Shown: one piece after another, positions 30,601 to 45,600 of the stretch | Position numbering within the stretch: position 1 is the first letter of the stretch | Layout of the letters: each line of letters begins with the position of its first letter | NCBI GenBank assembly: GCA_002633005.1 | Contig: NMRA01000923.1 | Coordinates: 1-64,000 of the forward strand | Reading direction: 5' to 3' | From: Phoronis australis | Lineage: Eukaryota; Animalia; Phoronida | DNA: 64,000 nucleotides | Translations under genes and position numbers: made by a program | The notes under the pieces: model-generated | What the model was told of the DNA's origin: nothing | Database searches by the model: none | The model's input: the letters and a program-made list of their open reading frames with translations, nothing else

Positions 30601-33600
30601 GTACTGCCGAGTGCATCAAACTTTAGTTGTTATAGATTCCTAATTCCAGGATACATCATGGTGATTCTTAAGAACATGCAGATTCGTATAAGTTCACCCT
30701 TCAAGTCCTACCCTGCATACGCCGTCGCGATCACACTGATCTGAGTGTCCATTACAGGAGCAGGCTGACTTCTCAACACACCTACCAAGGTACTGACCAC
30801 TGGAGACACGCTGATAGCCTGGGGCACAGTTCTGTAGAGAGACCAGGCAATTAAAGCATACACAGCCAAGTTGTATACCTACTCTGGACTGTATTGATGG
30901 AGAGAGATACCCACATAAAAGTTTGGAGATGGTCACAATGGTACTCCCATTTACCAAGCTAAGTGGTTGCTCTCTGATACCAGGAGCGTTATAAGCTCAG
31001 TTCATTTCACTAACAGACATAAATCTGATAACCAGTTACAAAATATTAAAGGAGTGCTTCGTAAGAAACACAAATGCAAAATCATCACGATTGCAAAAAG
31101 CCAATACAATTTGAATGAAAACATAACACGTATTAGCATGACAAAGTTTATTTTGACAGACAGTAGAAGACTTGGTATATTTAAAACCACACAGACATTA
31201 GGTCCAACACCACCAAATTTTAACTCTAGGTACAACTCAAAAATTGAAAATTCAAAAGGCACGCTTTCAAGTAAACTTTCAGATATCCTGTGATATGCAT
31301 TGTCAAGTTTACAGTCCCATCGCAGGTAAAGTTTGACTATCTCGGGACTGAGGGCTACCTTTTGTAAGGCTCACATTTAGTGAGTCTGGCGAGATCATGG
31401 AAATTCTTGCGAGATTACACCAAAACATTGCAAGAGAACATGACCTCATCAGCTTTCATTCACAAGTATCCTGATAGAGAAGGACCCCCAGTCTATGACA
31501 AACTACTCACCTGGCAGGATGTGCCCGTGTATCCAGCAGGACAGCGACACTCCTCCACCTCATAGGCCACACCTCCCAGAGTGAACGAGGGCACAGTATA
31601 ACTCATGGACACTTCACTCAACCTGGCACACAAGCATTAGCAGGGGTCAGAGGTCAAGGATTAGTACATGGGACTAGAAGGTCAGCATTACATTCTGTGA
31701 CTCAAGTAACCCCAGACTGTTGATTATATGGGTTCAATTTACTTTGAGTTTACCTTGTAGCCTCACCTAACTAGCACACACTCTACTAGTCACATGACCA
31801 CCTAGTGCTCCCCTCCTTTCCTTGAATCTTATGGTCAGCCTTATCCCATATTTTCTACTAATGCCCATCCTCGATCTCTTTTGCTAATTCTATCAATGAG
31901 CTGGTTATCTTCAGCATGCAAACATTGTGCACATTGTGGTATTCATCACCATCTTAACATTATAGTATCACAATCGTAATAGCATGATAGATAAAAAATT
32001 CCACCATGTTCACTTTCTCCTTTCAACTGGCTTCAAATGACGTCACCTGCACAATTGAACAACATAAAAACTCACAAATTAAAACTACGTTGAGCCCTGC
32101 TTTGGTACGACAACTATTACCTTGGGACATCCCACTTCACTCAATGGCAAATAACAAAATGTTTTCATGAATACAGCATCATATTGATAACATGTGTGAT
32201 GAAAAATCAAGGCATGAAATATAAGGCACAAGTTAACACTGTGGTCAGATTAAAGCTCATGAGTATCATATTTGGCTCAATAAACTGCTTCACTCGAGTT
32301 TTATCTTATTTTTGAGTTGACTGTTTTGGGCTCTCCGAAGCTGCATTCAATATAACTTTAAACACGCACAGAAACAAAGTTTCATTATACAGGTTACTTG
32401 GCGACCAAACATGTGTTTAACTAGTTCTAGCCTATGCCAGCTTACCTAACCTGAGCCTGACTGGTATCATACACTGCTTTTATGTAGATGTAATCAAGGT
32501 CCTGAAGTACCATCATTACGTCTTCACGCGATGCCAACTCAGTGATGGTGGAGCCACCTCTGGGAGACTTCTCCCATTGACCCTGTGTAAAGAGAGAGCA
32601 AGGTGAGGATTACCGTGAACTAGTCTGAGTAAACATATCCCTTGGACCATTTAGTGAAGGACGCAAACTAGCCTGAGCTCAACTACTGCACAGTCAGTGG
32701 CCAAGTTGGTTCTTACCATAGGAAACTGAAGACAGTCTTCTAACCTGATATTGTTCCCAGAAACCTCATAACAAAAAAGGAGAGTTCTCCATGAAGTCAA
32801 CTCAGCCTGCTGCCTAGTAGGAGTAACCCAGCGTCCATTATTGTAATGCCACACAACAGACATTTGCTCAGAGTTAATAATCTGTTAAACCAGGCAAGTT
32901 CTTGTATAATTTGGTGCTGACAAATAACTCTTAGGAAGTGTAAATGGAAATAAGGAAAGGAAACACCACAGATTAAAAGTTACAGACATCACGTACAATT
33001 GTCCCACATGCTTTGCAGCGCACGCCATCTGGTTTTAAACTGGGCCATTGATTAAAACAGCAACGAGTGTTATTCAAGCAAGATCGATGTAAGAAAATCA
33101 GTGCTCACAGGATTTCCATCTATAGATAAGGGTTGCATAATTGGGAGACTGTATCAAAAATCTTAATACATAACAGGTGCTCACTACCCTGACTAGTAAA
33201 TGGAGTGTAAGATTAAGAAGATGTACGTTATCAGTGAGTTTTTCCCTAAGATTTTAATTTTAATTATTTTGAACTCAGTGAGAGCTGATCTCTATATATT
33301 TCAAATTCATCAGTAAAAAAATTTCTGCAATTCTTACATATTTTGATTTACCTTTTATCAGCTTTCACCATTAATAAAATCACATAAAACAAAGGTACTA
33401 CAAATAGATATCACAAAGTTTTCTTATTAATAACACAAAATGTAGTTTCAAAAGATCCTGGTTATAGTAGCTTACCTCTTCCAGGGGAACTGATACTTTG
33501 AATTTCCTGTTGGGTGCTGGCTGTTGACTGTGGGTGTAGTACAAAGTGATGCCATTGCCCTGAAATGAATACACGGAATATCTCGATTATAGAAATGAGA

Positions 33601-36600
33601 CTGTGCAAGCTTCAAGAGGAGCAAAAATCTGCAGCTCCAAACTAAGACAAATTAAAATTGAGTTGATTTGCTACACCAAATCTATCATCTATGAGATATC
33701 TATGCGATTTCAATTACCTTCATAATGACATCAGCTAGTGTGTTGGGCCGCCCACTACCCTGTGTTTCATATACTGCAGTATAGGTTAATTCTCCTCCGT
33801 ATGAAGTAATCTGAAATAAAGACAGACGGTCACACTGAGTCTCTTGTTGAAACACATTTCCTATAAGAACGTCAGAGAATTCACATTACTCCAATGCGCC
33901 ACGGTTAAAAGCCAGTGATATTGTGATATTTTGGGCTTAGATGGAGTAACTAGTCTGCAAAGGTGGCTTACAATTTTGTGGAGGGTTGTAAACCATGGGT
34001 GCCCTTCACACATAATGGGCCTATTGAAATTGATGTGCAACGTCACTGAAAGCAGACGTTTGAGAACCCTACTCCTAGTCCTACAATAGTCCCATTTGGA
34101 CTGTGTAAGTAAACACAGCTTAACAAAGGCTTTGTGGTACTGGCTGAGATGATTTGTTTTATTACCCCTATTTATTTGTTAATAGCTGAGCCCCTGAATG
34201 GAACTGTAAGAAAAGACCACCCATCAAGGACCATAATGTCAAATATGTGAAACAGAGGGTATGAGTTTTTAGTCAATTCCTGCTTTTATCTTTCAAGATT
34301 GATGCCAATGATGCATTATCAGGTGACCGAACGGGGATTGGTTGAAATCATCAAACTGGGGTTTAGTATCCCTTTAAGCCCAAGACATTTTTGAAGCAAA
34401 AATAGCCTCTTTCTTTGTTACGGCTGACTTTGCTTAACATAAGCAAATATTAAGATAGCCCAAGCACTGCTTACATGGTCACAATATAAGATGGTGAATG
34501 TACGAAGGGGATGCCATGCCTTTAATCAAGCACCTGATTGCCTAGAAACTAATTACCTTGTCCATAAGGAACTGTCCAGGTAGACTCCAGTAGTTCATTT
34601 CCCTAGCATCTTGTGCTGCAAGTGGTGATCTTTGAGGACTGTGCAATACAAACTCACTAGTTTGTGGTTGGAACAGGAAGGCAGTAGAACTACCTACTGC
34701 ACCAGTTGTCTCATCCACTATACTGATCTGATTGTGCAGACCAAACTGTAAATAAAGAACAGCTGAGTGTGTGACACACCCCATGGTTTAACTACGGCAC
34801 GCTTAATTCAATCAGGCCTGGGCCACTTCATGTTTAAGATACAGTACAGCTGGAGAGTAGCAGCACGATTCAGTCACGTGGAATAAGTTCATGAATGGTC
34901 ACAGCAAGGGATGTTTTATTTACGGTAACATCTAACCAATTTTAGAAATAAATAATAGCCAAAATTACACTTTTTCATTTTTCAAAGGCGTCTAACTTTG
35001 TTGCAACTGCCCACAATTTTTTCACAATATTTGTCTGTCAGCAAGTATAGCAAGAAAAAAACTTGTACATGGCAAAGCACTATTTTGGTACTTTGTATCA
35101 CTTAAGGAAAACTAAAAGTTCACCTCAGTGTCTGCCATATGGTAATATTTTACCGTATTGTACAGAATACCATACGGTACAAACTACATCGCCACCTATT
35201 GTACAACGTGGAACTACTAATACAGTACAACTCATATGACACTGAACTACATAAAGGAAGTCTTAAAGGCAAGTAGCATCATATGCTGTTTCACACAAGA
35301 TGCCCCTCCCACTTTTGCATGGACACATATAGCTAAAAGCATAAGTAGTGACACCGTGAATCACTTACAGACGTCCTGTAACTCTTTGTGCTGGTACACT
35401 GGTCGGTGACTCCAAAACAGAAACACCTCTTACACTGGCTGCGGTCCAGGGCGTTATCATTGTACAGCGGTGCTGGACAGACGGCAGTTTCACCTGACAA
35501 CACAGTATATCAGTGACTAGATTACAAAGCACAAAGTTTGTTGCAGTTTTTGCATACTCTCAACAGTTGTTTGAGGCTACACTTCACCCTTTTAGCTGGC
35601 TAAAACGAAAATGAAATAAGGCCTTTTACTCCCATGATATCGATATCATGAAGCAGGATTCCATTTCCAATACCAAGAAGAACATCAAAACCATGAGCGA
35701 TTTGAGAAAACGCTTCAAAATTTTAATTAAAATTTCGTATTGTAGCCAGCTACTCACGGTGAAACGCAATAAATCTGCACCTTCCCACAAAAAAACAAAA
35801 CAACTTCTGAGTTAGACCTTTCTTTGTTGTGAAATCGATGTCACCTTCTCCCTTAGGCTAGAAGAGATTTCTAGGCTTGAAAAGAATTGACATGTTGCTA
35901 TTGTTTCAGACTAGCCCCATTTAGTTCCTTGTGACGGCGGGTAAGTTTCCAAGACAGTATCAATATGGACATTTAGTTATTATAACCAATTTCAATCATA
36001 ACAAAGGATAACATGGTCATGTTGCTTCAGAAGACCAAGTGCACAATTAAAAAAGTAAAGTTTAAAAAACGAGAGCGCTCGGAAGAGCGACACTTGGCGG
36101 AATTAATCGAAAAGACGACAATGAGAGCGACGACGACAATCATGACGATCAAGGCGGCAATAATGGATAACACGGTAACATTCATGTGACTAGTGACGAA
36201 ATCAAATAGAGAGCATACAATGAACTACAATAAAGAACAATCGATGGCGCCACATGACTGTCCAGTCTACAGTAGAACAGTGCTGGCTGGGTCAGTCTGG
36301 GTCAACTAGGCATAATCAAAACAAAGTGAACTGAAAGCCAGCCAGCTGAGTGCATACGTGACCGATGGAACAACGGTATCCGAAAATCTCGAATAATTCA
36401 AAAAGTAGACGTCGCAGCGCAAAATGGAAATTATCATCTGAAAGCCCGTTCAAAACTATCTAAAGTGGTAGTTTGTCAAACACGATAACATTCATGTGAC
36501 TAGCAAAAAATCAAATAGAGAGCATACAATCAACTACAATAAAGAACAATAGATGGCGCCACATGATGGTCCAGTCTACAGTAGAACAGTGCTGGCTGGG

Positions 36601-39600
36601 TCAGTCTGGGTCAACTAGGCATAATCAAAACAAAGTGAACTGAAAGACAGCCAGCTGCGTGTGACCGAAGGAACAACGGTATTCGAAAATCTCGAATAAT
36701 TCAAAAAGTAGACGTCGTAGCGCAAAATGAAAATTATCATCTGAAAGCCCGTTCAAAACTCTATCTAAAGTGGTAGTTTGTCAAACACGATAACATTCAT
36801 GTGACTAGCAAAAAATNNNNNNNNNNNNNNNNNNNNNNNNNNNNNNNNNNNNNNNNNNNNNNNNNNNNNNNNNNNNNNNNNNNNNNNNNNNNNNNNNNNN
36901 NNNNNNNNNNNNNNNNNNNNNNNNNNNNNNNNNNNNNNNNNNNNNNNNNNNNNNNNNNNNNNNNNNNNNNNNNNNNNNNNNNNNNNNNNNNNNNNNNNNN
37001 NNNNTTTTTTTTTGAAATTCAAAGTCAAATAACTCGAAAACGGTAAATCTGAGAAATACGCTCTCGCAGACTTTTTGAAAGGCCATACTTCAAGGAATCC
37101 ACATGCAAAAATTCACGTCATTTGCTCTTCCCATAAAAAATGCGACACGAAAGCGATTGAAACCGTGTGAACATGCGCCACAGCCGCCATCTTGAAAGTG
37201 ATTTCCGGTTCAATAATTTTTTATATAAGCTTATTAAACTCAACAAACACGTGACCAGTTTGAAAGTGATTGGTTTGCAATTGCGCCCTCTACAGGAGAA
37301 AACGTTTTTAGCCATATTTCGGAGTGCGCATGCGCCACGTCCAATATTTCCGCCATCTTTAACCGGAAGTCAACGATTTTCTGCACAATTGTAGCACATG
37401 CGTTCTAGTATATTCGTACTGATTTTCAACCATGTAGGTCGAAAAATGCGGCCTCTACGAGTATTTGACTGTGAAATCAGATACAAAATGGCCGCCACGT
37501 CCGCCATTTTGTATCCGATCATGACCAAAAACAATAGCGTTCCAGTGATTCCCGATCTAAATGTTGGGTGCAAATTTCGTGAAAATCGGACCAGAATTGC
37601 GACCTGTAAAGAGCGAACAAACAAAAAAAAAAAATTGCTGTCAGAGCAACATACTTGGCGAAAGAATTCCGCCAAGTAATAAAATAATTGCAGGTGGTCC
37701 GGCACACGTTGTTCCAGATATGTACAGTCCGCTCAGGTGGACCCACTACACCAATCACCTGGAACCATTTTTATGCTATATTAACGTACAGTTAAAATGA
37801 GATGAGGAGCTACAGACCTGACTAAAGGGTCTAACAGTGTGCCCCAATGGGACTTGAACCCACGACCTTGAGTAAAAGGAAGCAGAGACTTATCCCACAC
37901 TGCTTCCTGCCAGAAGTTCTTAACATCAGAATGCATTTTTAAGGTTTTAAAAGTAAAGAGATAAAGTTTCTATTACTTCAACAGTCTTTACGTATAATCT
38001 TAGAGCAGTATAAATGTGCAGTACAACAACTTACAAAATCACAACCTCAGTATGCAATTACGAGAGTATAATAACTTGCTTAAAACAAATGTTCGCCAAT
38101 GGGATTGCTGACCCAACTGGGTGAGACAGGGCTCGATAGAAATCCAATTAAAATCAGTGTGAACCTATACATACTTTTTACGATCAAGATGGCATCAGGC
38201 TGTGCAAAAATGCTTCCCTTCCCGTTGATTGCCTCGCACGTGTATGCGCCTTGATCAGTCAGTCTAGCCTGCCTGATGGTTAGTACCCCACGACCATCCT
38301 TACTCTCCTGAGTCACCCGAGGTTCCTCTCCCACATGACCCCAGTTTAACCTCCATGTGATCAGCGGTGGGGGTGTGCCAATGGCCTCGCAACTGATGGT
38401 GACGGTGGCGCCAATGAACACCTCTACAGTGGGGTCAGGGGCCTTGGTAACCTGGGGACTCACTGCAAGAGGGAGGGTGACCAGATAACTATATCATCGT
38501 CAATAACTAAATATCAATCAGTTAATACAGCTACAAATGTAACAAGAGCAAGATAAAGCCCATTACAGTAGTCTCTATTCAATTTGCCTATACATAGAAA
38601 TTTTTCTGTTTTTCAAATACAGAATACAGTTATTATAAAATGAATAAAATTCTTACCCAAATATTGTCTTGAGTCACCAGTGCAGAACAAATCAAGGAAC
38701 AACAATTTAAGCACAATGTCAATATAAAATTCCCTTGTCAACATTGTGTTCTAAATCGTTGTGAGCATTTACCCTATGGTATGTGAATTAAGAGATGCAA
38801 TAAAGCGTAGATTACACTTCGTCCCAGCTGACAGATACACTTACAGCATCCCCTCTCATCCGATTGATCATCACAGTCTGGTTCCCCGTCACAATGGTAA
38901 CTTTTGGGTATACACTTGCTTCTATCAGCACAGCGGTACTCATCACTGCGGCAAGGTGAACCAGGCGGAGCGACAGCTGAAACATACAGTAAATACACAC
39001 AGGTTTAAGGCGGGTCTAGAAATTAAGGTTCACCACCTCTTTGAACCAAACTATCCAATTGGCCAATAGCTAACCATTACGTTAACTTAACACAACTCAT
39101 CCCAGTAACTTGACAACACCATAATTATGTTTTAAGTGAACACAGTATCAAATCTATTTGGGTTAATGCCTAGGTACTCTAAATTGAACCTTAAACTTAG
39201 GGGGTGGGCTTCATTCGATTACAACTGAGCATAGGTGTTCAATAATTGAAACTTCGGGGGTGGGTTTTTGTCAAATATGGGCACTTGCATCGGATGGCGT
39301 AAGCCTTTGAATGTGAGAATGATAACTTACGACAGTTGAGTTCATCTGAGTTGTCACCACAGTCATTATCTCCATCACAGCGCCAGACTTTGGATGCACA
39401 CTTGCCATTCCTACATTTAAATTCATTGGGCTCGCACATATTGGGCGTGCCTGAAAAAGATGCCAAGCTCTCTATACAGACTCACTATACTACAACAATG
39501 GCCATCAAACATCTGTTTACTTTAGTTTGTATTAGTCAAGTCCATACAAAGGTTTGCCTGTTGGTTACCAAATCTAAGTATTATGTCAAGAGGAACCCAC

Positions 39601-42600
39601 TAAAAACGGAACCACATTTCATGTCATGGTACAATGATTTTCTCTGCTATTTCTAATTTGGGAAGTTCAGCTGACTGATGATAGCACTGTCTGCTCCTAT
39701 CAGTTATGTGTGCATAAAACATAAAAGTTTGACAGGGACTACATTCTGATGACGCGAAAATCTTATGAGCAAAGCTAGTGTGATCACGATTTCTTGTAAT
39801 GCCTGCATAGTCTTGTGTATTTGCAAGTATTCAGTGCCACTGCAAGTATTCAGTGCCACTCTACAGAATAAAAACCTGGTTAACGTACATAAATAGCTCA
39901 ACCAGAATAAGCCTTTATCATCTAAGTATTCTCAAAGAATTCAGATTAGAACAAGGGAGCATTACATGAAGTGAAGAGATGGTATGTAGAGTGAACCCAA
40001 CTAAGTCATCAAATGTACCCGTAATGGAAAAACACGGACCATCTCCAAAACATGACATTCACACACAAAGTTTTAGTAATCAATTAATATGACCTCTTTG
40101 TGACATGACACAGCTCAAATATATATAAATAAAGACAGCCTACCACAGGTTCGTTCATCGGAGTTATCATTGCAGTCCGTGACACCGTTGCATAAGGCAG
40201 ATCGTGGGATACACTTGCCATCTCCGCATCGTGCCTCATCTGCACGACAATCTGTGGTTGGCGGCCTCGTAGCTGCAATACAAGGAGAGGACAGTGTCAC
40301 ATAAAGAACTGCTTAATGTAACAAGTCCTCAGCTAGCCATGGTTGACCTCTTACTTAATCCTGCATTTTGCCTCGTTGTGGTGTTTAGCTGGCAAAAACA
40401 AAAATCACTTTAGGCCCGTTTCTCTCATAAAATCAGTCTCAAAATATTCCTAACCATTATAGGATTCTATTTCTGATACCAACAGGTGATGCATACATGT
40501 GCCATTTGTGAATTCGTAATTTTGGGGTTGGCCCAATTAACTATGAAGTGTTTTCTCGAGTCGCTGACGGTTTCGATGTTCCTCCAAAATAGAAGCCTAT
40601 CACAGTAATGAATATTTTGAGACCGATTCTATGAGAGTAAAAATCCTGAAATGATTATCGTTATTTGGCCAACCAAACAGGGCGAATGAAGCTTTTAAAA
40701 AAATAGAAAAACCAGTTCAACTTTTAAATTAGTTGTTGATGGTCACACACCATACAGATGCTGCTGAAAATGAATTAAAATTTCTAATTAATGATCCTGA
40801 TGACAATTAACAATCTTAATCTCACTTACTTCAACTTAATTTTCAACTATTGTCAAACCAATGACAAACACAAGACGATCATTAGACAATTGTCAATATT
40901 AACATATATCGCGTACGTCTTGTCAAAGGATCAACTGAGAGTCTGACGTTAACAGAGCCACTCTGGGGTGATCCCTGGGCTTCACAGGAGTACACTCCGC
41001 TGTCACCGGGAGACACTCTGGCAAAGTAGAGTCGCCCATTGACATCTGATGCACCAGCTGGAAGGGCCTGCAAAATGGGAGGGTTTACAGTTGTATCGTC
41101 ATGGTTACCGAGAAGCCAGCAGGAGGCACAGGGATTACTCATCCACGGTATCATCATAATGAATGAAGACATTGCAAAATCAGACTTAATTCTCAAACCG
41201 GAGCAATTTGCACACAACTCTCTCTGTAAATTGTGTTCATACAAAAAAATGATGGTATATTGACCAAGGTCATCATCAAGTTCTTGGCATTAGCTGCATT
41301 GTGAGCAAGTGTGTAAGACAACGTCGCAGGTGAAGAACATAAGGTGAAACTAATCACTCAAGCTGAGGATTAGAATGAAGGCAATTGAAACGTAGTTAAC
41401 ATCAATTATATAAATAAATGTGGCCCTTAATATTAAAGCGGTATAACATAGTATTTTGTCAAGAACACACCGGGGAATAAGAAAAAAATAAAACTATTAC
41501 AAAGCTGTTCTACAGTGTGTATTGAGGGGTATTTTGTTACTATATTTACAGTATAGACCATTGGATGCAAATAACCTGTACCTGTCCATCTTTGGTCCAT
41601 TTCAAAATGGCAGCGCCACCTGTGGCCGAACAGGTAAAGCTAGCTACACCACCCTCATCCACACGCAGAGTTCTCGGGTCAACGCTCAGCTGAATACCTG
41701 AAATGACCATTGCGGTTCAGTATGCACTTACATTTTACAGGTGAGCAAAGGAGCCACAGACATGGCCTGTTTAATTAGTGTTATTGAGAGTGAGTTCACA
41801 TACTTAAATGAACTTTGTGACATTAGTTAAATGTGACCACAGATTTAGTAGAAGAGAACCAACAAAATAAACAAATTGTAAAGCAACCCACTTTAGATAA
41901 ATCAGTGCATGCATTTATCAGACACCATGTTATAGTCATTGACATCAAGTTGAAATAATGAAAAAAACAGTAGTTTTATAAGACACAGAGCACGTGTGTT
42001 GTGAAGACTACAATCGTGTTAAAGTGAAACCTACGGCAGTTGAGTTCGTCAGTTCTGTCGATACAGTTCCTGATGCCATCACATTTGCCAGAATCAGGTA
42101 CACAACGTCTGCCGTCACACACAAATTCACCAGGACGGCACAGGCTGGTGGAGGCTATAGTGGAGGGGAACATGTGATACTGAGTGATGTGAAGTAACAT
42201 GGGCAGACATATCACAGTGATGGAAGAGAGGGAGATATCATACTGTGTGAAGTGATATGAGCATATACAGAGAGGTGGAGGCTGCGGTAGAGAGAGACAC
42301 GTGATACTGAGAGAATGAAGTGGTATGAACACATATAGAGTAATGGAGGCTGTGGTGGAGAGACACCTGATACTGAGTGAAGTGATATGAGTGGTGGAGG
42401 CTGTGGTAGAGAGAAGGACATGTGATAGTGAGTGAAGTGATATGAACACACACAGAATGATGGGAGCTGGGGAGGAGGGAGGGACATGTGATACTGAGTG
42501 AAGTGGCGCGAACATTATACAGAGTGATGGAGGCCGTGGTGGAGAGAGAGAGAGAGAGAGATGTGATACTGAGTGAAGTGGAATTAATATATACAGTGAT

Positions 42601-45600
42601 AGAGGATGTGGAGGAGAGAGACATGATTGTGATACTGAGTGAAGTGATATGAACACATACAAAGTGATGGAGGCTGTGCAGGAGAGAGGGACACGTGACA
42701 CTGAGTGAAGTGACATGAGCACATACAGACTGATGGAGGCTGTGGAGGATAGAAGGACATGTGATACTGAGTGAAGTGGTATGATCAATGATGAAGGCTG
42801 TGGTGGAGAGAATGACATGTGACAAGGAACACACACAAGGCAGGCTGATGAGGTCCTCTGTAATAACTGTGAATATTTTTCTTAAATGTTACACACAAAT
42901 GTTATTGTGAACACTAAAGTCAAGAACATTTGGAACACTATTAAGTAGTTAACATCTGCCACGGCATCGCTTCCGATAGTCAGGTTTCAATAAAGACCAA
43001 TTTTGAAAAACATGTTTTTACATAACCCACTCATCACACACCCAACCGAGAAGTCTGTCCAGAAATGATTAGCTAAACACCTTCACCTTGCAAGTAATCT
43101 TGTTTCAAACACATATATCTGATTTTGAGATGCATGGGGCACTGCTTCGGTTAAAGCACACAAAACGAGTACAACACAACACCGAAAGGCATCACATTAC
43201 AAATAACACTACTTACCATATCCACGGAGACAGGAAAATAGATTAAACACGATAAATAAGAAACAAGTTATTTGATAAAAAATCTTTTACAAGACGGTTA
43301 CAAACAGTGCGACGAGAATCTTTAGGAATCCTCAGATTATCTATGACACATGGGAGGCACTTTGCTAAATATAAATACATAGTAGACAAATTTCTAGGAA
43401 ATCAGTCCACTTACGGCAGTTGCTTTCATCTGAACCGTCAGAACACTCCGGCCGTCTATTGCACACGCTCGATTTTTCCAGACACTGACCGTCACCACAT
43501 CTAAACTGGTCAGACCGACACGCTGCAAAACACAGCTAAATATTAACAAGCAAGAATTTGTCCACAATACAACCATACCATATAAGAAAAGCAAGGGTTA
43601 CTCGGTGCATTCCACAAAGCAGTTAAAATGCATGCAATCTGAAAATGAGAAATGAACGGGTTATTTAAAGATTAGAAAGGTGAAACCTAGAAAAAACGAA
43701 ATTAGTTGTGGAACAAAGAATGAGGTGGCGAGGACTAGTTGAGCTGGTACTGGTTTGTCCAGCTTCATATCAACAGAACATGATCACAAGAGTAATCGTG
43801 AACAAGAACAAAATGAAGACAACAAATGAACAACACCAAGCAGCAGGTTGGTTTTCCAACAAAATGCAACATAAAATATAAGGACTATCCATATAAATGC
43901 TAAGAACGATGACGGATACTGGAATTAATAAGCGAACAGAAATGCTTACCTAATAATACTTTTGAAAATGAGTTGACATACACAAGAACTTTTGAATCAG
44001 AAATCTAACAGGGCACAAGCTTTCAAGACTTCCAAACTTCCCCCATTCAGATAGGCCTACAGTACATCAGTGTATATCCCCTATGTGTACACCGCAGTGT
44101 TATTAGCACACATAATAGCCCACAAACAATGAGAAATGAAGCACAGCACACTAGAGGCAAGACAAAGTTTCCATTGAAGCGTCAGGTCCGCTCTCCCATC
44201 AGATCAAGCAGGCGGGTCAGGGTAAACACGACACTTACGACAGTCAAGTTCGTCAGTGTTGTCGGGACAGTCTCGACGACCGTCACAACGCCGGCGATTG
44301 TCTATGCATGGACCGTTCTCACACCTCCACTCATTGGCTGTACACGTCTGTTCACCTTGAAACAACATGCGGTATGTGGAACACCATCATTAGGAAGCAT
44401 CAAAAACACACCACAATGGGAGAAGTTGCTTGGCAACAGCTGATCTCTATCACACAAAGCAGGAGGTTGTTTTCATAGTCACAAAAGACCTGGAGATGTT
44501 GCTAGGCAACAGCTGACCTCTGTCACACAAAGCAGTTTTGTTTTCATACTAGAAGACCTGACATCGAATTTTCACAAACAACCGATTTTAAATATTGAGA
44601 AAAAAATAAGGCAAAATATCACCAGTTTAGATTTTCTGCTTTTTTTTCAGCATGGCAGACAAGCAGGACCGCATTCCTTCTGCTACATAGTTATTGCTGT
44701 ACAATATTTTGAGAAATTGTGGGTACTTGTAGCACCCAAAGCACCACCAAGTAAAGAGTAACAACTTTTGGTGAGAACCCAATTGAGATTTCACTTTACA
44801 TAACACCATCACTTAAGCATACATTATTTCAATGATGTGCACACTGTTGAAGTTGTTAAATGCATTCCTCTGTTACCTATATCACAATAGGAAACAAACA
44901 CACAGTATTTCTAAGTTACATTTAGTTATCACATTGTTTATACTATATTAACATGAGTTCATTGCTGCTCATCTAAGCACAATACACTCGACTAATGAAA
45001 CTGTAAATCTAAGGTCCAATGTGTTAAAGTCACTACAAACTGGCGCAGGGTTACTGTTTGTAGCTGAAGTTACAAATAACATGCAAGTCACAATTTTCTA
45101 CAATGAATATAAGCACTGTAACAACACTCGATTCCAAGGCTTCTGGAACTAAAAGGTCAATCAACATGTTAATGACTATGATGGGGGCGATGCCATCTTT
45201 TGGTTAACCTGAGCATTAGTGGATGAAGCGGGCGGAGGTTGTGCCACTTACTGCAGTCGCGTTCATCACTTCCATCTCGGCAGTCGACACGGCGGTTGCA
45301 GCGACGTTGTATGTCTATACAGCGTCCTGAAGTGACACACCGGAACTCTCTGCTGCTGCAACGCTGTGGCTGTACAGCTACAGAAACAGTGAACATGTCT
45401 CAAAGACGGTGTTAATACACAAACTATATTTCTGTTATCGAACACCACCTGACTCACAAAATACCTCAATACATAACTGACATGTTTCATACAACCCACA
45501 GATATTCACAGGTAATGTTGCAGTCATCAAAATATGCAATATGCAAATTTATACTCGTTCCTTGGTTCACAAACAAAAGACATGACTCAAGAGGACAGAT

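Noticed and set aside
41976-42836. 286-aa and 198-aa ORFs as separate genes
   Set aside because: They are translations of the minisatellite; only the LDLa end is a supported exon.
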